From the NCBI GenBank assembly GCA_963726265.1, contig CAVSBQ010000002.1:800001-864000 (forward strand): DNA of 64,000 nucleotides. Direction: 5' to 3'. The translations under genes and the position numbers were made by a program. A model generated the notes under the pieces. The model had not been told where the DNA came from. It ran no database searches and saw only the letters and a program-made list of their open reading frames with translations. Shown here in pieces: positions 9,749 to 21,907 of this stretch. Every line of letters begins with the position of its first letter. The stretch's first letter is position 1. The stretch is from Candidatus Aenigmatarchaeota archaeon (GTDB taxonomy: Archaea > Aenigmatarchaeota > Aenigmatarchaeia > QMZP01 > QMZT01).

Positions 9749-11095
9749 TTATGTGGTCTCGAGGTATCTTTCCACTTCCCACTCGGTAACGTGCGTCCTG
9801 AACTCGTCCCACTCGTTCGTTTTCGCCTCGAGATATCTTTCGAACAGCTGCTGGCCGAGTGCTTCCCGTACGACCGCGTCTTTCTTCATCTCGCTTATCG
9901 CTTCCCACAGCGAATGCGGAAGCACGTCGATGCCGAGCTCGCTCAGTTTTTTGTCGTCGAAATCGTAGACGTTTTCCTCGACAGGCTTCGGCACATTCAG
10001 CTTTCTTTTTATGCCGTCCAGCCCCGCTTTCAGCATGACGGCAAAGGCGAGATACGGGTTGCAGCTCGGGTCAGGGCAGCGCAGCTCGCATCTCACCGAC
10101 TGCTCGCGGCCTTTCGAATATCTCGGAATCCTGATGAGCGCCGAGCGGTTTATCTGCGCCCAGCATATGTATACGGGCGCTTCGTAGCCGGGCACGAGCC
10201 TCTTGTATGAGTTGACGGTCGGCGCCAGTATGGCCGACATGCCCTTCACATGCGAAAGCTGGCCCGCTATGAAATGATACGCGTTTCTGGAAAGCCTGTA
10301 TTTTTCCTTCGGGTCGTAGAACATGTTTCTTCCCGTTTTTATATCAAACAGGCTCTGGTGGACGTGCATGCCGGAGCCGTTTATGCCGAATATCGGCTTG
10401 GGCATGAACGTCGCGTGGAGGCCGTGCTTCTGCGCTATCGCCTTAAGCGTGAATTTCAGCGTTATCGAGTTGTCCGCGGTTCTCAGGGCGTCGCCGTATT
10501 TGAAATCCACCTCGTGCTGCGCGTACGCGCACTCGTGATGAGACGCTTCGACCTCTATGCCCATCTTCTCGAGCGCGATGGTCATGTCCCTCCGGACGCC
10601 GAAGGCGTAGTCCATGTTCAGGTCGAAATAGCCGCCTTTGTCATGCGGCAGCGGCCTTATCGTGCCGTTGTCCTTTTTGAAAAGGAAAAATTCGAACTCC
10701 GGCCCGGTGTTGTAAACGAAGCCCATCCGCCTCGCTTCGTCCATCGCTTTCTTCAGGATGTATCTCGGGTCGCCTTCGAACGGCTTCCCGTCGGGCATGA
10801 AAACGTCGCATATGAACCTCGCCGTCCGCTCTTCCGCGTTCTCGCCGTCGTGCCACGGGATGACCGAATACGTCGTTACGTCAGGTTTCAGGAACATGTC
10901 GCTTTCGTGTATGCGCGCGAAACCCTCGACGGACGAACCGTCGAACCACACGCCCTTCTCGAGCGCGCCTTTCAGAAAGCCGATGGGTATCGTCACGCTC
11001 TTGACGCTGCCCATGATGTCGGTGAACTGGAGGTTGATGAATTTCACGCCGTCCCTTTTCGTGGTTTCGAAAATTCTCCTGTCATGCGCCTGCAT
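9749..11095 (-). CDS. glnA: Glutamine synthetase type I
   Basis: FDGSS, EASHHE, TFMPKP, NGSGMHVHQS, LVPGYEAP, NRSALIRIP. Confidence 0.98.
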   Translation of the reverse strand: MQAHDRRIFETTKRDGVKFINLQFTDIMGSVKSVTIPIGFLKGALEKGVWFDGSSVEGFARIHESDMFLKPDVTTYSVIPWHDGENAEERTARFICDVFMPDGKPFEGDPRYILKKAMDEARRMGFVYNTGPEFEFFLFKKDNGTIRPLPHDKGGYFDLNMDYAFGVRRDMTIALEKMGIEVEASHHECAYAQHEVDFKYGDALRTADNSITLKFTLKAIAQKHGLHATFMPKPIFGINGSGMHVHQSLFDIKTGRNMFYDPKEKYRLSRNAYHFIAGQLSHVKGMSAILAPTVNSYKRLVPGYEAPVYICWAQINRSALIRIPRYSKGREQSVRCELRCPDPSCNPYLAFAVMLKAGLDGIKRKLNVPKPVEENVYDFDDKKLSELGIDVLPHSLWEAISEMKKDAVVREALGQQLFERYLEAKTNEWDEFRTHVTEWEVERYLETT

Positions 11096-11110
11096 GGATT
11101 GCTTTGATAA

Positions 11111-11181
11111 TGGAGTAATATAAAATTAGCAGCGGTTTTTCTGGACAAATGAATAAATATTTTTAAATATAATGGACAAAT
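11111..11181. promoter_or_regulatory. Three phased boxes in the glnA/Lrp divergent region (putative Lrp operator)
   Basis: TGGAGTAAT at 11111, TGGACAAAT at 11142 and 11173; exact 31-bp spacing. Confidence 0.55.
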
Positions 11182-11220
11182 ATATTAAAAATGACGCTTT
11201 CAGGCTAAATTGGTGAAAAA

Positions 11221-11670
11221 ATGCACACTATGGATGAGCTTGACAGGAAGGTAATAAAGGAACTGGAACACGACGCGAGGCGCTCCCTGCGCAAAATATC
11301 CAAAAGGCTCGGCATCTCCATAACGACGCTTTCCGGGCGCATCTCCAATCTGGAAAAGGCGGGCGTGATAAAGGGCTATACGGCGATGGTTGACCCGGAA
11401 GCCGCGGGCTTTGACCTGACCGCGGTGATAGAAATCGTCGTCTCCAAGGGAAGGCTGCTGGAGGTCGAAAAGGAGATAGCGAAAATGAGGCACGTTTTCG
11501 CCGTATACGACATAACGGGCTCTACAGATTCCCTGATACTGGCGAGGTTCAGGAAAAGGAGCGAGATGAGCGCCTTCATCAAGACGCTGCTTGCCATGAA
11601 TTACGTGGAGAGGACCAACACGCACGTTGCCCTGAACGTGATAAAAGAGGACATGAGAGTAGAGTTATGA
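11221..11670 (+). CDS. Lrp/AsnC family transcriptional regulator
   Basis: MDELDRKVIKEL..DAR HTH, LEKAGVIKGY, YDITGSTD RAM domain. Confidence 0.95.
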   Translation: MHTMDELDRKVIKELEHDARRSLRKISKRLGISITTLSGRISNLEKAGVIKGYTAMVDPEAAGFDLTAVIEIVVSKGRLLEVEKEIAKMRHVFAVYDITGSTDSLILARFRKRSEMSAFIKTLLAMNYVERTNTHVALNVIKEDMRVEL

Positions 11671-11685
11671 CGTGAGCGGCCTTGG

Positions 11686-12324
11686 TCATATCACGCCTTC
11701 GCTGTCGTCGTAATCGTAGTTTATCCTTTCCCTGCCCCTCTTCTGCGGCGAAGTCCCGTGATAGCCGGGCGGGGGGCTGTATGGCTGTTGCTGCGGTGGC
11801 GGCTGTTGCGGCTGCGTCGCCGCGGGCGGCTGCGGCTCCTGCGCAGGCTGCGCTGCCGGAGTCTTTATGTTTTCTATGAGCTTGTAAATCTCCCTTTCTA
11901 TCCTTGACGGGTTCGGAACCGACTCGAGCAGGATCTCGCTCCTCTGGAAGGTGGTTATGTCCACCGTTCCTATGCGCAGCAGCCTTTGCGGGAGCGTCTG
12001 TATAAGCTTAACGTTCACCATCTTGTCATACGTGCAGGAATCGATGTTCCTTTTGAACACGCCTTTCCTGCTTATCACCCGGTAGTTCGTTATGAAGTAG
12101 TTGCTCCTGCGGACTGCCATTTCCATGATCGCTACGATGAGGATGGCGAGCGCAACCGGGACTGCAATAACGTATATGCCAGCAACGGGCAGCGTGAATT
12201 TCAGAAAGTTATAGACGAACGGGACGCATATGAGGAGGAAGGCCATCAGGTAATACCTGAAATATACTATCCTAGAAGAATGCGTGTTAAGCACAATCTG
12301 TTCGCCTTCTATGAGAAATCCCAT
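11686..12324 (-). CDS. Bacterial-type PH-domain membrane protein with Pro/Gln-rich tail
   Basis: Two TM helices, YFITNYRVISRKGVF, QRLLRIGTV. Confidence 0.8.
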   Translation of the reverse strand: MGFLIEGEQIVLNTHSSRIVYFRYYLMAFLLICVPFVYNFLKFTLPVAGIYVIAVPVALAILIVAIMEMAVRRSNYFITNYRVISRKGVFKRNIDSCTYDKMVNVKLIQTLPQRLLRIGTVDITTFQRSEILLESVPNPSRIEREIYKLIENIKTPAAQPAQEPQPPAATQPQQPPPQQQPYSPPPGYHGTSPQKRGRERINYDYDDSEGVI

Positions 12325-12473
12325 CCGACCCCTCCGCATCCAGAACTGATTAATAATTGGTCATTTCGCTTAATATCCTACCGCCATTTCCGCAGAAGTT
12401 CCATAGAAGTATCCCGTGCAAGTAAAGACAACGTGTGAGCACAAATTTTAAGGCGGCTTGCCTTATTTTAAAC

Positions 12474-15400
12474 ATGGGTTGGGGAAAGTGGAATTCCTTT
12501 ATTGTTATCTCTCTTTTACTGGCAGGTTCATTGATCTTACTTAACCTTGTTTTCGCAGCGGGGATAAATGAAGTCCTGCTGCTTTCTCCCGGCAACAACA
12601 CGTGGACCAGCGGCACGAATGGCACCATCGCCTTCGTGTTCAACTACAGCGGGGAAAACGAGAGCGCCGTATGCACGCTGTTCGTCATGAACTCCAGCTC
12701 GGAATTCGCGGGCGCGAATGCTTCCTCCGCCTCCAACACCACGAGCACGACACTCTATTCGAACCTCACCATCGAAGAAGGCGCAAGGCGGTGGTATGTC
12801 AACTGCACCAACGAGACCGAAACCAAACAATCACTCATTTTCAATCTTACTGTTGATTGGACCAAGCCCTATGCAAAGATAAACCGTCCCCTCAATTCGA
12901 CTGTCAACTCCGACAGCTTCAATTTCACCTATAATGAAACCAATCTGAACTGCTCTTGGTATTCGATTGACGACGGCTCGAACACGACCAGCTGCTCGAT
13001 AACAGGCTCCGAATGGTCGGGGACGCTTTCCATCGCCTCCGACGGCCAGCACAACATTACAGTCTGGGCCAACGACTCCGCGGGCAACGAGAACTCGACC
13101 ATTCTATTATGGATGCGCGACACGGCAAAGCCGCCTGTCTTCGTCGTTTTCCCGCAGAATAATTCCATCTATAATTACAGCACATTGAACCTCAACGTTT
13201 CCTCGAACGGAACAGAAGACGGCTGGAGATACAATCTGAACGGAACAGGCAACACCAGTTTCGAGCCAAACACGACGATAACCGCCGCCGAGAACGTGAA
13301 CAACATCACCGTCTACGTCAATGATACCGCAAATAACATCAATTCAACCATTGTTTACTTCACGGTCGACCTCACGGACCCGGCCGTCACAATAGTCATG
13401 CCAGGCAACACGACATATCCGTCCAACCCTGAACTGAATTTCTCCTATGTCGAAACGCGGCCCGACGCATGCTGGTATTCGGTCAAGGGCGGCAGCAACA
13501 GCACGCCTGCCTCCTGCGACGCTAACATCACCGTGCTAACATCGGACGAAGGCAGCAATGACGTCCGACTATGTATGAACGATACGTCAGGCAGACAAGG
13601 CTGTCATCAGGTTTATTACACGAAGGACACGACGAAGCCGATAATCACCGTCCAGACGCCCCTGAACCAGTCGTACAATTTCTCGTCGATATGGTTTAAT
13701 GTCACCCTGAACGAAAACGGCGACAGTTGCTTCGTGGATTACGGATACGGCAACAGGTCGATGGCAAATTCCAGCACAATGGACTGGAGCTATAACAACG
13801 CATCCATGAATGACGGTTCTTACCATGCCATTTTCTACTGCAACGACACGGTCGGGAATCTTAACACAACAGACATAAACTTCACGGTTGACACTACAAA
13901 ACCCATTATATACATCCAGTCGCCCATCAACCAGACGTATGACATTTCTTCGGTGTGGTTTAACGTGACTCTCAGCGAAAATGGCAGCGCGTGCCTTGTC
14001 AATTACGGATACAGTAATATCACCATGGCTAATTCCAGCGGGAACTGGAATTATAACAACGCTTCCATGGACGAGGGATTTTACCAGGCGATATTTTTCT
14101 GCAACGACACCGTGGGGAACGGCAACACAACCAGCGTAAGCTTCACGATAGATACCGTTCACCCCTACTTCACCGCATATGCGCGCAATCCCGACCCTCC
14201 AAACGAAGACCAGGCCGTCCAGGTTAACGTCACGCTTTCCGAGACCCCGAATACGGTAATCCTTGAGGTAAACAACGGCACAAAAACCAATTACACCATA
14301 ACCACCAGCAGCGGCCTTGAATATTATTTCACCATCAGCAACACCGCAAATGGCAACTATACTGCGCACGACCAGGTGAATTACACGTGGTTCGCCAATG
14401 ACAGCGCGGGCAACGGCAACTGGTCCGCGCAGCAGACGTTCATCGTGGCGAACCAGATTCCTTCCGTTTCCCAGCCATCCGTCAACAACACGGCGCCTCA
14501 GACAAACGATAACATTTCGTGTACCGGTGGCGTAATCAACGACAATGATGCAGAAGACGTTGAACAAAACAGGGAATACAGGTGGTATGACGGCGCGAAT
14601 CTCATAAACGGCCAGACCTTCCAAAACCTTTCGTTTGCGATTTCCGGCCTTGACAAGGGAGACCTGATAAACTGCTCGATAAGGGTCTACGACGGCTATG
14701 GCTGGTCAGCCTGGGTCAATTCAAGCAATACCGCAACCATCCAGAACACGCCGCCGACCGCACCGAATCTCGGCCTTCCCGCCAACGGGACGAGGACAAA
14801 CGACAACACGCCTTTCCTTAACTGGACATCATCAACAGACGCGGATAATGACGCCATCACCTACGCCGTCGAGATTTCGACAAGCATCACATTCGCCTCA
14901 ATTTCCCAAGCCAATTACGTTTTAACCGCAAACAATTACACTGCCTCAACACTCACGGATGGACTATATTATTGGAGGGTTTGGGCCGTGACTATCGATG
15001 CCAACTCCACTGTAAGCGGCGTCCTCAATATCACCATCGATACGACCCCGCCCCTCATTTTTGTGATATCTCCCGCGAACATCACATATAACACGTCCAC
15101 AATAAACCTGAACGTCTCTTCGAATGAAGCCCAGGCCGGCTGGAAATACAAACTGAACGCGGCAGGAAACGTTTCCTTTGACCCCAACACCACGATAACG
15201 GCCGCAGAAGGAACGAATAACATAACGGTTTACGTCAACGATTCTCTCGGAAACGAAAACACGACGATAAGATACTTCACCGTAGACCTCACCAATCCCG
15301 CCATCACCATAGTCGTTCCAGCCAACATATCATACCCCTCGAATCCGCAACTCAACTTCTCCTATAGCGAAATCAGGCCTGATGCATGCTGGTATTCCCT

Positions 15401-18400
15401 GAACGGCAGCAGCAACATCACCCTTGCTTCATGCAACACCAATGGTACAGTCCTTGTTTCAGGCGAGGGCTCAAACAATGTTCGTCTCTGCATGAACGAC
15501 ACGTCGGGGAGGCAAGGTTGTCATCAGGTCTATTATACGAAAGACACGATAAAGCCAACGATAACAATCCAGTCGCCCCTGAACATGAGCTATAACCTGT
15601 CTTCGCTGTGGTTCAACGTGACGCTGAACGAGAACGCTGACGCGTGCATTCTCTATCTCTGGTGGGGAGGGAACCGCTCGATGACGAATTCGACCGGCAA
15701 CTGGAACTATCTAAATGCCAGTATTATCGAAAGCGAATTCGAGGCGAAGTTCTACTGCAACGACACGACCGGCAACATGAACACGACCAGCGTCAATTTC
15801 ACGGTTGACAGGACCGCGCCTAACATAATTACCATAGTAACTCCTGCCAACGCGAGCTACAATTACAATCCGCAGTTGAACTTCACTTTTTATGAAATGT
15901 ATCCGTATGCCTGCTGGTATTCGCTGAACCAGAGCGCCAACATCACGCTCGCCTCATGCGCCACCAACGGCACTGTCTTAGCAACGGGCGAAGGGAGCCA
16001 GAACGTGCGGCTATGCGTCAACGACACGGCCGGGAACACGGGATGCAGCAGCACAAGGTATTACACGAAAGACACCATCAAGCCGACAATAACCATAACC
16101 AATCCGCCCAACTCCACGACGACTTCGGACAGCTTCAGCTTCGCCTACGACCACGTCAATTGCTCTGTTTATCGGATGGACGGAGGTTCAAACGTGACCA
16201 ACTGCTCTATCGCAGCGCTGGAGTGGAATGGGACTTTGTCGCTTTCAGACGGACCGCACAACGTAACTGTATGGGCGAATGACAACGCAGGCAACACAAA
16301 TTCGACCACGCGCTACTGGAGAAGGGACGTGGACTTGCCAGTCATCACGATAGTCTCCCCGCTCGAGACGTACTACTCGACCGACCCGCAGCTGAACTTC
16401 TCATACGTGGAGGCGAACCCGGATTCGTGCTGGTATTCGCTTAACGGTACGGCGAACGTCACGCTCGCCTCATGCGAGACGAATGGGACAATCATGGTTT
16501 CAGGCGAAGGGCAGAACAACGTCACGCTCTGCATGAACGACACCAGCGGCAAGTTCGGTTATGATTTCGTGAATTACACCAAGGACTCGTCAACGCCTAT
16601 CATCACGATAATCCTGCCCCAGAACGCGAGCTATAACGTGTCAAGCAGGTCCTTCAACGTAACAATCAGCAAGGTCGGCGACACGTGCCTGGTCGATTAT
16701 GGCTACGGCAACAATTCGATGGCTACGTCCAATGGCCTCAGCTGGAGCCACACCAACAGCTCGATGAACGAGGGTTCGTATCAGGCGAAGTTCTTCTGCA
16801 ACGATTCGCTTGAGAACTCGGACACGGACAACGTGAACTTCACAATCGACCTGACCAAGCCCGTGATAACCATCCAATCGCCACTCAACCAGACGTACAA
16901 CGTCTCTTCGACATGGTTCAACATAACGCTCAGCGAACCCGGCAGCTTATGCCGAGTGAATTACGGCTCGGGCAACCAGAGCATGACCAATTCGTCGGGC
17001 AACTGGCACTACAACGCCTCGCTCTCCGACGGGCAATACAATGCGACGTTCTACTGCAACGATACTGCAGGGAACTGGAACTCCACGAATCCGGTTTTCT
17101 TCAAAATGGAACTTGGTATATTTCGGCGTTGATACAATTCCCCCGACGATAACGATAAACAATCCCATAAATTCCACCATCAATTCCGATAGTTTAAACG
17201 TCTCTTACAGCGGATCGGCTAACTGCTCATGGTACTCGGTGGATGGCGGAGCCAACACGACAAACTGCACAATTTCAACCCGTTGGATAGGAACTCTCTC
17301 AATCCCTTCAGACGGCCAGCATAACATCACGGTTTGGGCCAATGATTCCACAGGCAATACAAACTCAACCACAAGACACTGGATAAGGGATGCGACTCCG
17401 CCGCTATATGTCATAGTCCTGCCGCAGAACATAACATATAATACCTCCACCATAAAACTCAACGTATCCTCGGACGGCAGCCAGTATGGGTGGGCGTATA
17501 ACCTGAACGGCGCGGGCAACCAGAGCTTCGGCCCGAACACGACGATAACCGCTCAATACGGCTCCAATACCATATGGGTTTATGTGAACGACACGCAGGG
17601 AATGTCAATGCGTCCTCGGTCACGTTCTATCTTAACTATACTGCGCCGAGACTCGAGGCTTCAGGCCATTACGCGACCAGCGACGGCGGCTGGGGTGAGA
17701 ATCACACGTTCTACGTCAACTGTTCGGATGCGGATGGCCAGAACGTCTCGCTGAAGCTGTGGTACAGAAAAACGCCTTCGATTGCGTGGTCCATGCTCAG
17801 CCAGCAGAACTGCTCCGGCCTCACGCCGCAAACATACACTTTCAACATAAACACGTTCGACTGCTCCAACGTGACGCCATCTAACCAGAATTCGTCATAC
17901 ATGTTCAATGCGAGCGACCAGAGCTCGCTGACGAACGAAACGTCCCCGCAGAACTTCACCATGGCGAAGGACGACGTCTCGTTCTCGCTGCATCCCTATA
18001 TGGAACGCCGCCTGGAGAAATGGGACCGATTCCATGTTCGATACAGTCTTTCTTGGCGTCATAGTCACGGACACGGACAAGGGCGGAAACGCAGCTACTA
18101 ATACCAATGCCACGCTCTGGATCACGAAGAACGCATCAGACCTGAATTCATGGGACACTGGCAAGGCGCTCACGGTGAACGCAAGCGGCTACATAATTTA
18201 TTATTTTTTAAACGATAGCCAAATGCCCATGCACGAATGCAACTACACGGTCGGCATGCACAACTGGACCGCGGGCGTGGGCGGCATAAACGAGGATTCG
18301 TGCTACAAGACGACCAATTCTTCCATGTACAATGTGACATCCGGGGAAGCCTCAGGCCGAGGATAACATACCCGACTGGCCTCATGGGCTTCCTCGTCGG

Positions 18401-20631
18401 CGACCAGATAAACATAACAGGCTACGTCGAGGACGACTGTTCATATATGACAGGCCTGGGCATGGAGGGCGTGGACCTGGACCCGAGTTCTCCTTCGCAG
18501 AGATACATCATAATAGGAGAATCAGGAACGCCCACGCGCTACTGCACACGAAAGCTGGCAGGAAGATAACGGCTGGTACAACTGCACCTGGGATTCTTCA
18601 GGGCAGCTGAGAATAAACTGGAACATAACCATGAACGTGAACAAGAGCTACTATGCAATCAACTCAACGATGGAGGGTCTTGCCTTCCACCTAGGAACTG
18701 CGCCTTTTGTGTCCACACCAACGGCGACACCAAACATGAGCGGCTGGGGAACGCAGTTCACCTTTACAGTCTATTTCGCGGACGCGGACATGGATACAAA
18801 CAACATATTGATGTGGAGGAGTTATGATAATACGACGTGGCAGTTTGTCAATTCGACCACTGCGAGTTCGTCAGGAACGACGCTCACATTACATCAAAAC
18901 TTCACATGTGGCGAGGCGCTTGCCTACCCGGGCAGGCAGATTTATTTCAAGTTCAACACGACCGACCCCTTCAATTACACCGCCGAAACGACGTCTGTGA
19001 CGTCCAACCTGACATTCGACAACGTCACCGTCTCGCTGAACTCCTCGAGCAGCGCGAACGTCTCGATGCTCAACGCGACGGCGACGCTTATCTTCAGGAT
19101 TTACGATTCAAGCAACAGTACCTATCCTAACGGCATCGGAGGGCTGGCTTGGGTCGCGGAGAATGGTGTCTCTTATAGGACGCTCAATTGCACCACGAGC
19201 AGCGGCTACTGCACGGTCTCATACAAACCCAATTCATCAACATCGATTATAGGCACGCAATACTGGTGGGGAGTGAGCAACGAGAGCTGCTACGAATACC
19301 AGAACTCGATGGCGCAGGCGCTCGAAGTAACCAACCCGATAAACGCCACCGGCATATATCCATATGCCGTCGTCAACGGCTCGCCTGCGAACATATCCGT
19401 TTACGTTTCAGGCGGCTATGCCTCGGTCTGGGCCAACGTCACCCTGCCGGACGCGAACGTCAGCAAGCTGATGCTCACCAACAATGCTAACACGAGCTTC
19501 AGCCAGACCAGCCTGACCGGAAGATATAATGTGACGTTCTACGCGAACGATTCCAGCGGCAATCTCGTGAACAGGACCGGCTATTATTTCGAGGCCTTCG
19601 CGCCCGTCACGCTCAACCTGAGCGTCATAAGCTCCAACTCGAGCGGCGTCAACTCGAGCGTCACGTTCTACTACAGGAACGAGAGCTGTTCGTCGAACGC
19701 GTCCGCGAACGGCAGCTTCACCGGCCAGGTCGCGTCCTCGATACTCGACATACTCATACGCGGCTATGCTGACAGAGCCGAGGTCGTGCTCAGGAACGTG
19801 AACATATCATACCAGGGCAGCAGAATATTCGGCCTGGACAAGCACACTTCGACCAGCGGCTATCTGATAACGTATGGCATCAACAACACCTACAACTTCA
19901 GCGGCGCGACCGTCACGCTATACTACGACGACGCCGGCTACTCGAATGAAAGCGGGCTGAAGCTCCACAAATGCGACAGCTATGATTTCGTTGCGAGAAG
20001 CTGCTCGGGCTCGTGGAGCGACGTCACCTCGAACGCGACGCAAAATACGACAGGCCATTATTTCACGCTCAACGTCACGTCTTTCTCAGGCTTCAGCGTG
20101 GATGAATACACCGAAACTTCGCCTCCGACAACGCCGACAGGCAGTTATGTTACAACAGGAACAGGATGCACCATAAACTGGAGCTGCGGCAGCTGGAGCG
20201 GCTGCCTTCCAAACGGCACGCAGGCTAGAGTGTGTAAAGACTTGGGAACATGCAAAAGGAGCGACAAGACAGAGACGATGAACTGCACCTACATTTCTCC
20301 TGCGTCATGCTTTGACAGGACGCTGAACGAGAATGAAAGCGACGTGGACTGCGGAGGGCCATGCCCGATGCCGTGCGAAATCGGGAAGCACTGCGCCGCC
20401 GCCTCCGACTGCTTTAGCGGCTTCTGCGACGACGGCGTGTGCAAGGCGAAGCCGCAGGCCGCACCGCAAGGTTGGCAGGAACCGGTTCAAACTGGTGTCA
20501 GCTACGCGCTATACACCTATGTCCTGTGGTGCGCGGATTTCGCCATGCTGGTGCTCGCATTCGTCCTGCTGCTGATAGTCATAAGAAAGATGAGAAAACA
20601 CAGGATACAAAAGGACGAAGCGCCCTCCTAA
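12474..20631 (+). CDS. Giant Ig-like-repeat surface glycoprotein (about 2,700 aa reconstructed) interrupted by about five frameshifts between 17100 and 18550
   Basis: Signal peptide; many D-T-x-x-P-x-I-T-I-x-x-P-x-N ... NDxxGN repeats rich in N-x-S/T sequons; ORF fragments 12435, 17041, 17574, 18034, 18237 and 18631 join; C-terminal TSFSGFSV, Cys-rich DVDCGGPC module, TM anchor and basic tail. Confidence 0.8.
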
Positions 20632-21086
20632 AATTTATTTATTTTGTCCAGCGCAAGATGCGTTCCGTATCCAGCAACGGTGAACAAGACGAGCGTGATA
20701 TTGATGTTCGCCACGACGAAGACGAAGGCGAAGACGGTCGGTAAAACGAAGGCGTATCTCCACAGATGAAGCGATTTCTTGCCCCGGTGCTTCACCGGGA
20801 GATGCTTGTACGCATAACGGGTCAGCACCAGCATTATGGTTATCACGACGAACTTCAGCCACAGTTCCGCGGCCATTTCCGCTGTCACGGCGAAGACCAT
20901 GAGGTAGAAGATTATTATGAACGTCGCCTTCCTCACCAGCGCTTTCGGATGGTCGAGGTCAGGCAGGAAGGACGCGAAGAGTATGAGCGTGAGCGCCTGG
21001 ACCGCGTAGAGCACGGGCATCTGGAAAACGAGCATGGCAAAGATGTAGACGAAGAGCGGCGCAATCATGTGCATTTTCCAGTCCAT
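20628..21086 (-). CDS. Membrane metal-dependent hydrolase (YdjM-like)
   Basis: MDWKMH, LPDLDHP, KHRG..LH, THLALD motifs. Confidence 0.8.
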   Translation of the reverse strand: MDWKMHMIAPLFVYIFAMLVFQMPVLYAVQALTLILFASFLPDLDHPKALVRKATFIIIFYLMVFAVTAEMAAELWLKFVVITIMLVLTRYAYKHLPVKHRGKKSLHLWRYAFVLPTVFAFVFVVANINITLVLFTVAGYGTHLALDKINKF

Positions 21087-21173
21087 ATCAGAAACCTCCT
21101 GCGGGTTTCGATGCATCCAGCAACCCGCCCACATCTCCGTTCCGCTACCTCCAAACGCTAAAAATATTACGAG

Positions 21174-21875
21174 TCAGGCGTTCATGATGATGCGCGCGTC
21201 CGCCGCCTTCACGCCTTTCTCGCTCACAAAAAGCGGATTTATGTCGAGTTCCTCGATTTTTTTCTCCTTCCATACCAGGTTCGAAACCTTCAGCAGCGTA
21301 TCCTCCAGCGCCTTGAAATTCACGGGCTTCTGCCCCCTCACGCCCTTGAGAATAACGTAGCCCTTTATCTCGGCAATCATTGCCTTCGCATCCTTCCTCT
21401 CGAAAGGTATAATCCTGAAGGCAACGTCCTTTATCACTTCGACGAATATGCCGCCGAGGCCGAACATGAGGACAGGCCCGAACTGCGGGTCGTTTTTCGA
21501 GCCGACGATGCACTGGTGGCCTTCCGTCACCATTTCCTGGACGAGCACGCCCAGTATCTTCGCATCCTTCTTGTAGGCCTTCGCGTTCTTTATTATTTTT
21601 TCAAAACCCTTCGCGACGTCTTCGCCGCTTTTCAGGTCAAGCAGGACGCCGCCAGCGTCGGTCTTGTGCAGTATGTCCGGCGACTGGACTTTAAGTGCGA
21701 CAGGGAAGCCTATCATTTTTGCGGACGCGGCTGCCTGCTGCGGGTTTTTTGCAAGAAGTTCCTTTGTCACGGGAATGCCGTATTTCGCCAGCAGCTTCTT
21801 TGCCTCGAATTCCGCCAGCTTCTTCTGCCCGGCGTTTTTCACGTCCTTGTGATTTCCCCGATTACCCCTTTTCAT
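21174..21875 (-). CDS. acdB: Acetate-CoA ligase (ADP-forming) beta subunit, ATP-grasp
   Basis: EFEAKKLL, HKTDAGGV, DPQFGPVLMFGLGGIFVE, ELDINP. Confidence 0.92.
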   Translation of the reverse strand: MKRGNRGNHKDVKNAGQKKLAEFEAKKLLAKYGIPVTKELLAKNPQQAAASAKMIGFPVALKVQSPDILHKTDAGGVLLDLKSGEDVAKGFEKIIKNAKAYKKDAKILGVLVQEMVTEGHQCIVGSKNDPQFGPVLMFGLGGIFVEVIKDVAFRIIPFERKDAKAMIAEIKGYVILKGVRGQKPVNFKALEDTLLKVSNLVWKEKKIEELDINPLFVSEKGVKAADARIIMNA

Positions 21876-21907
21876 AATATTATTTACTAATCACCCATAT
21901 TTAATAT

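Noticed and set aside
8871..9908. 345-aa minus-strand ORF
   Set aside because: Antisense shadow of guaAB, expected with GC-rich third codon positions
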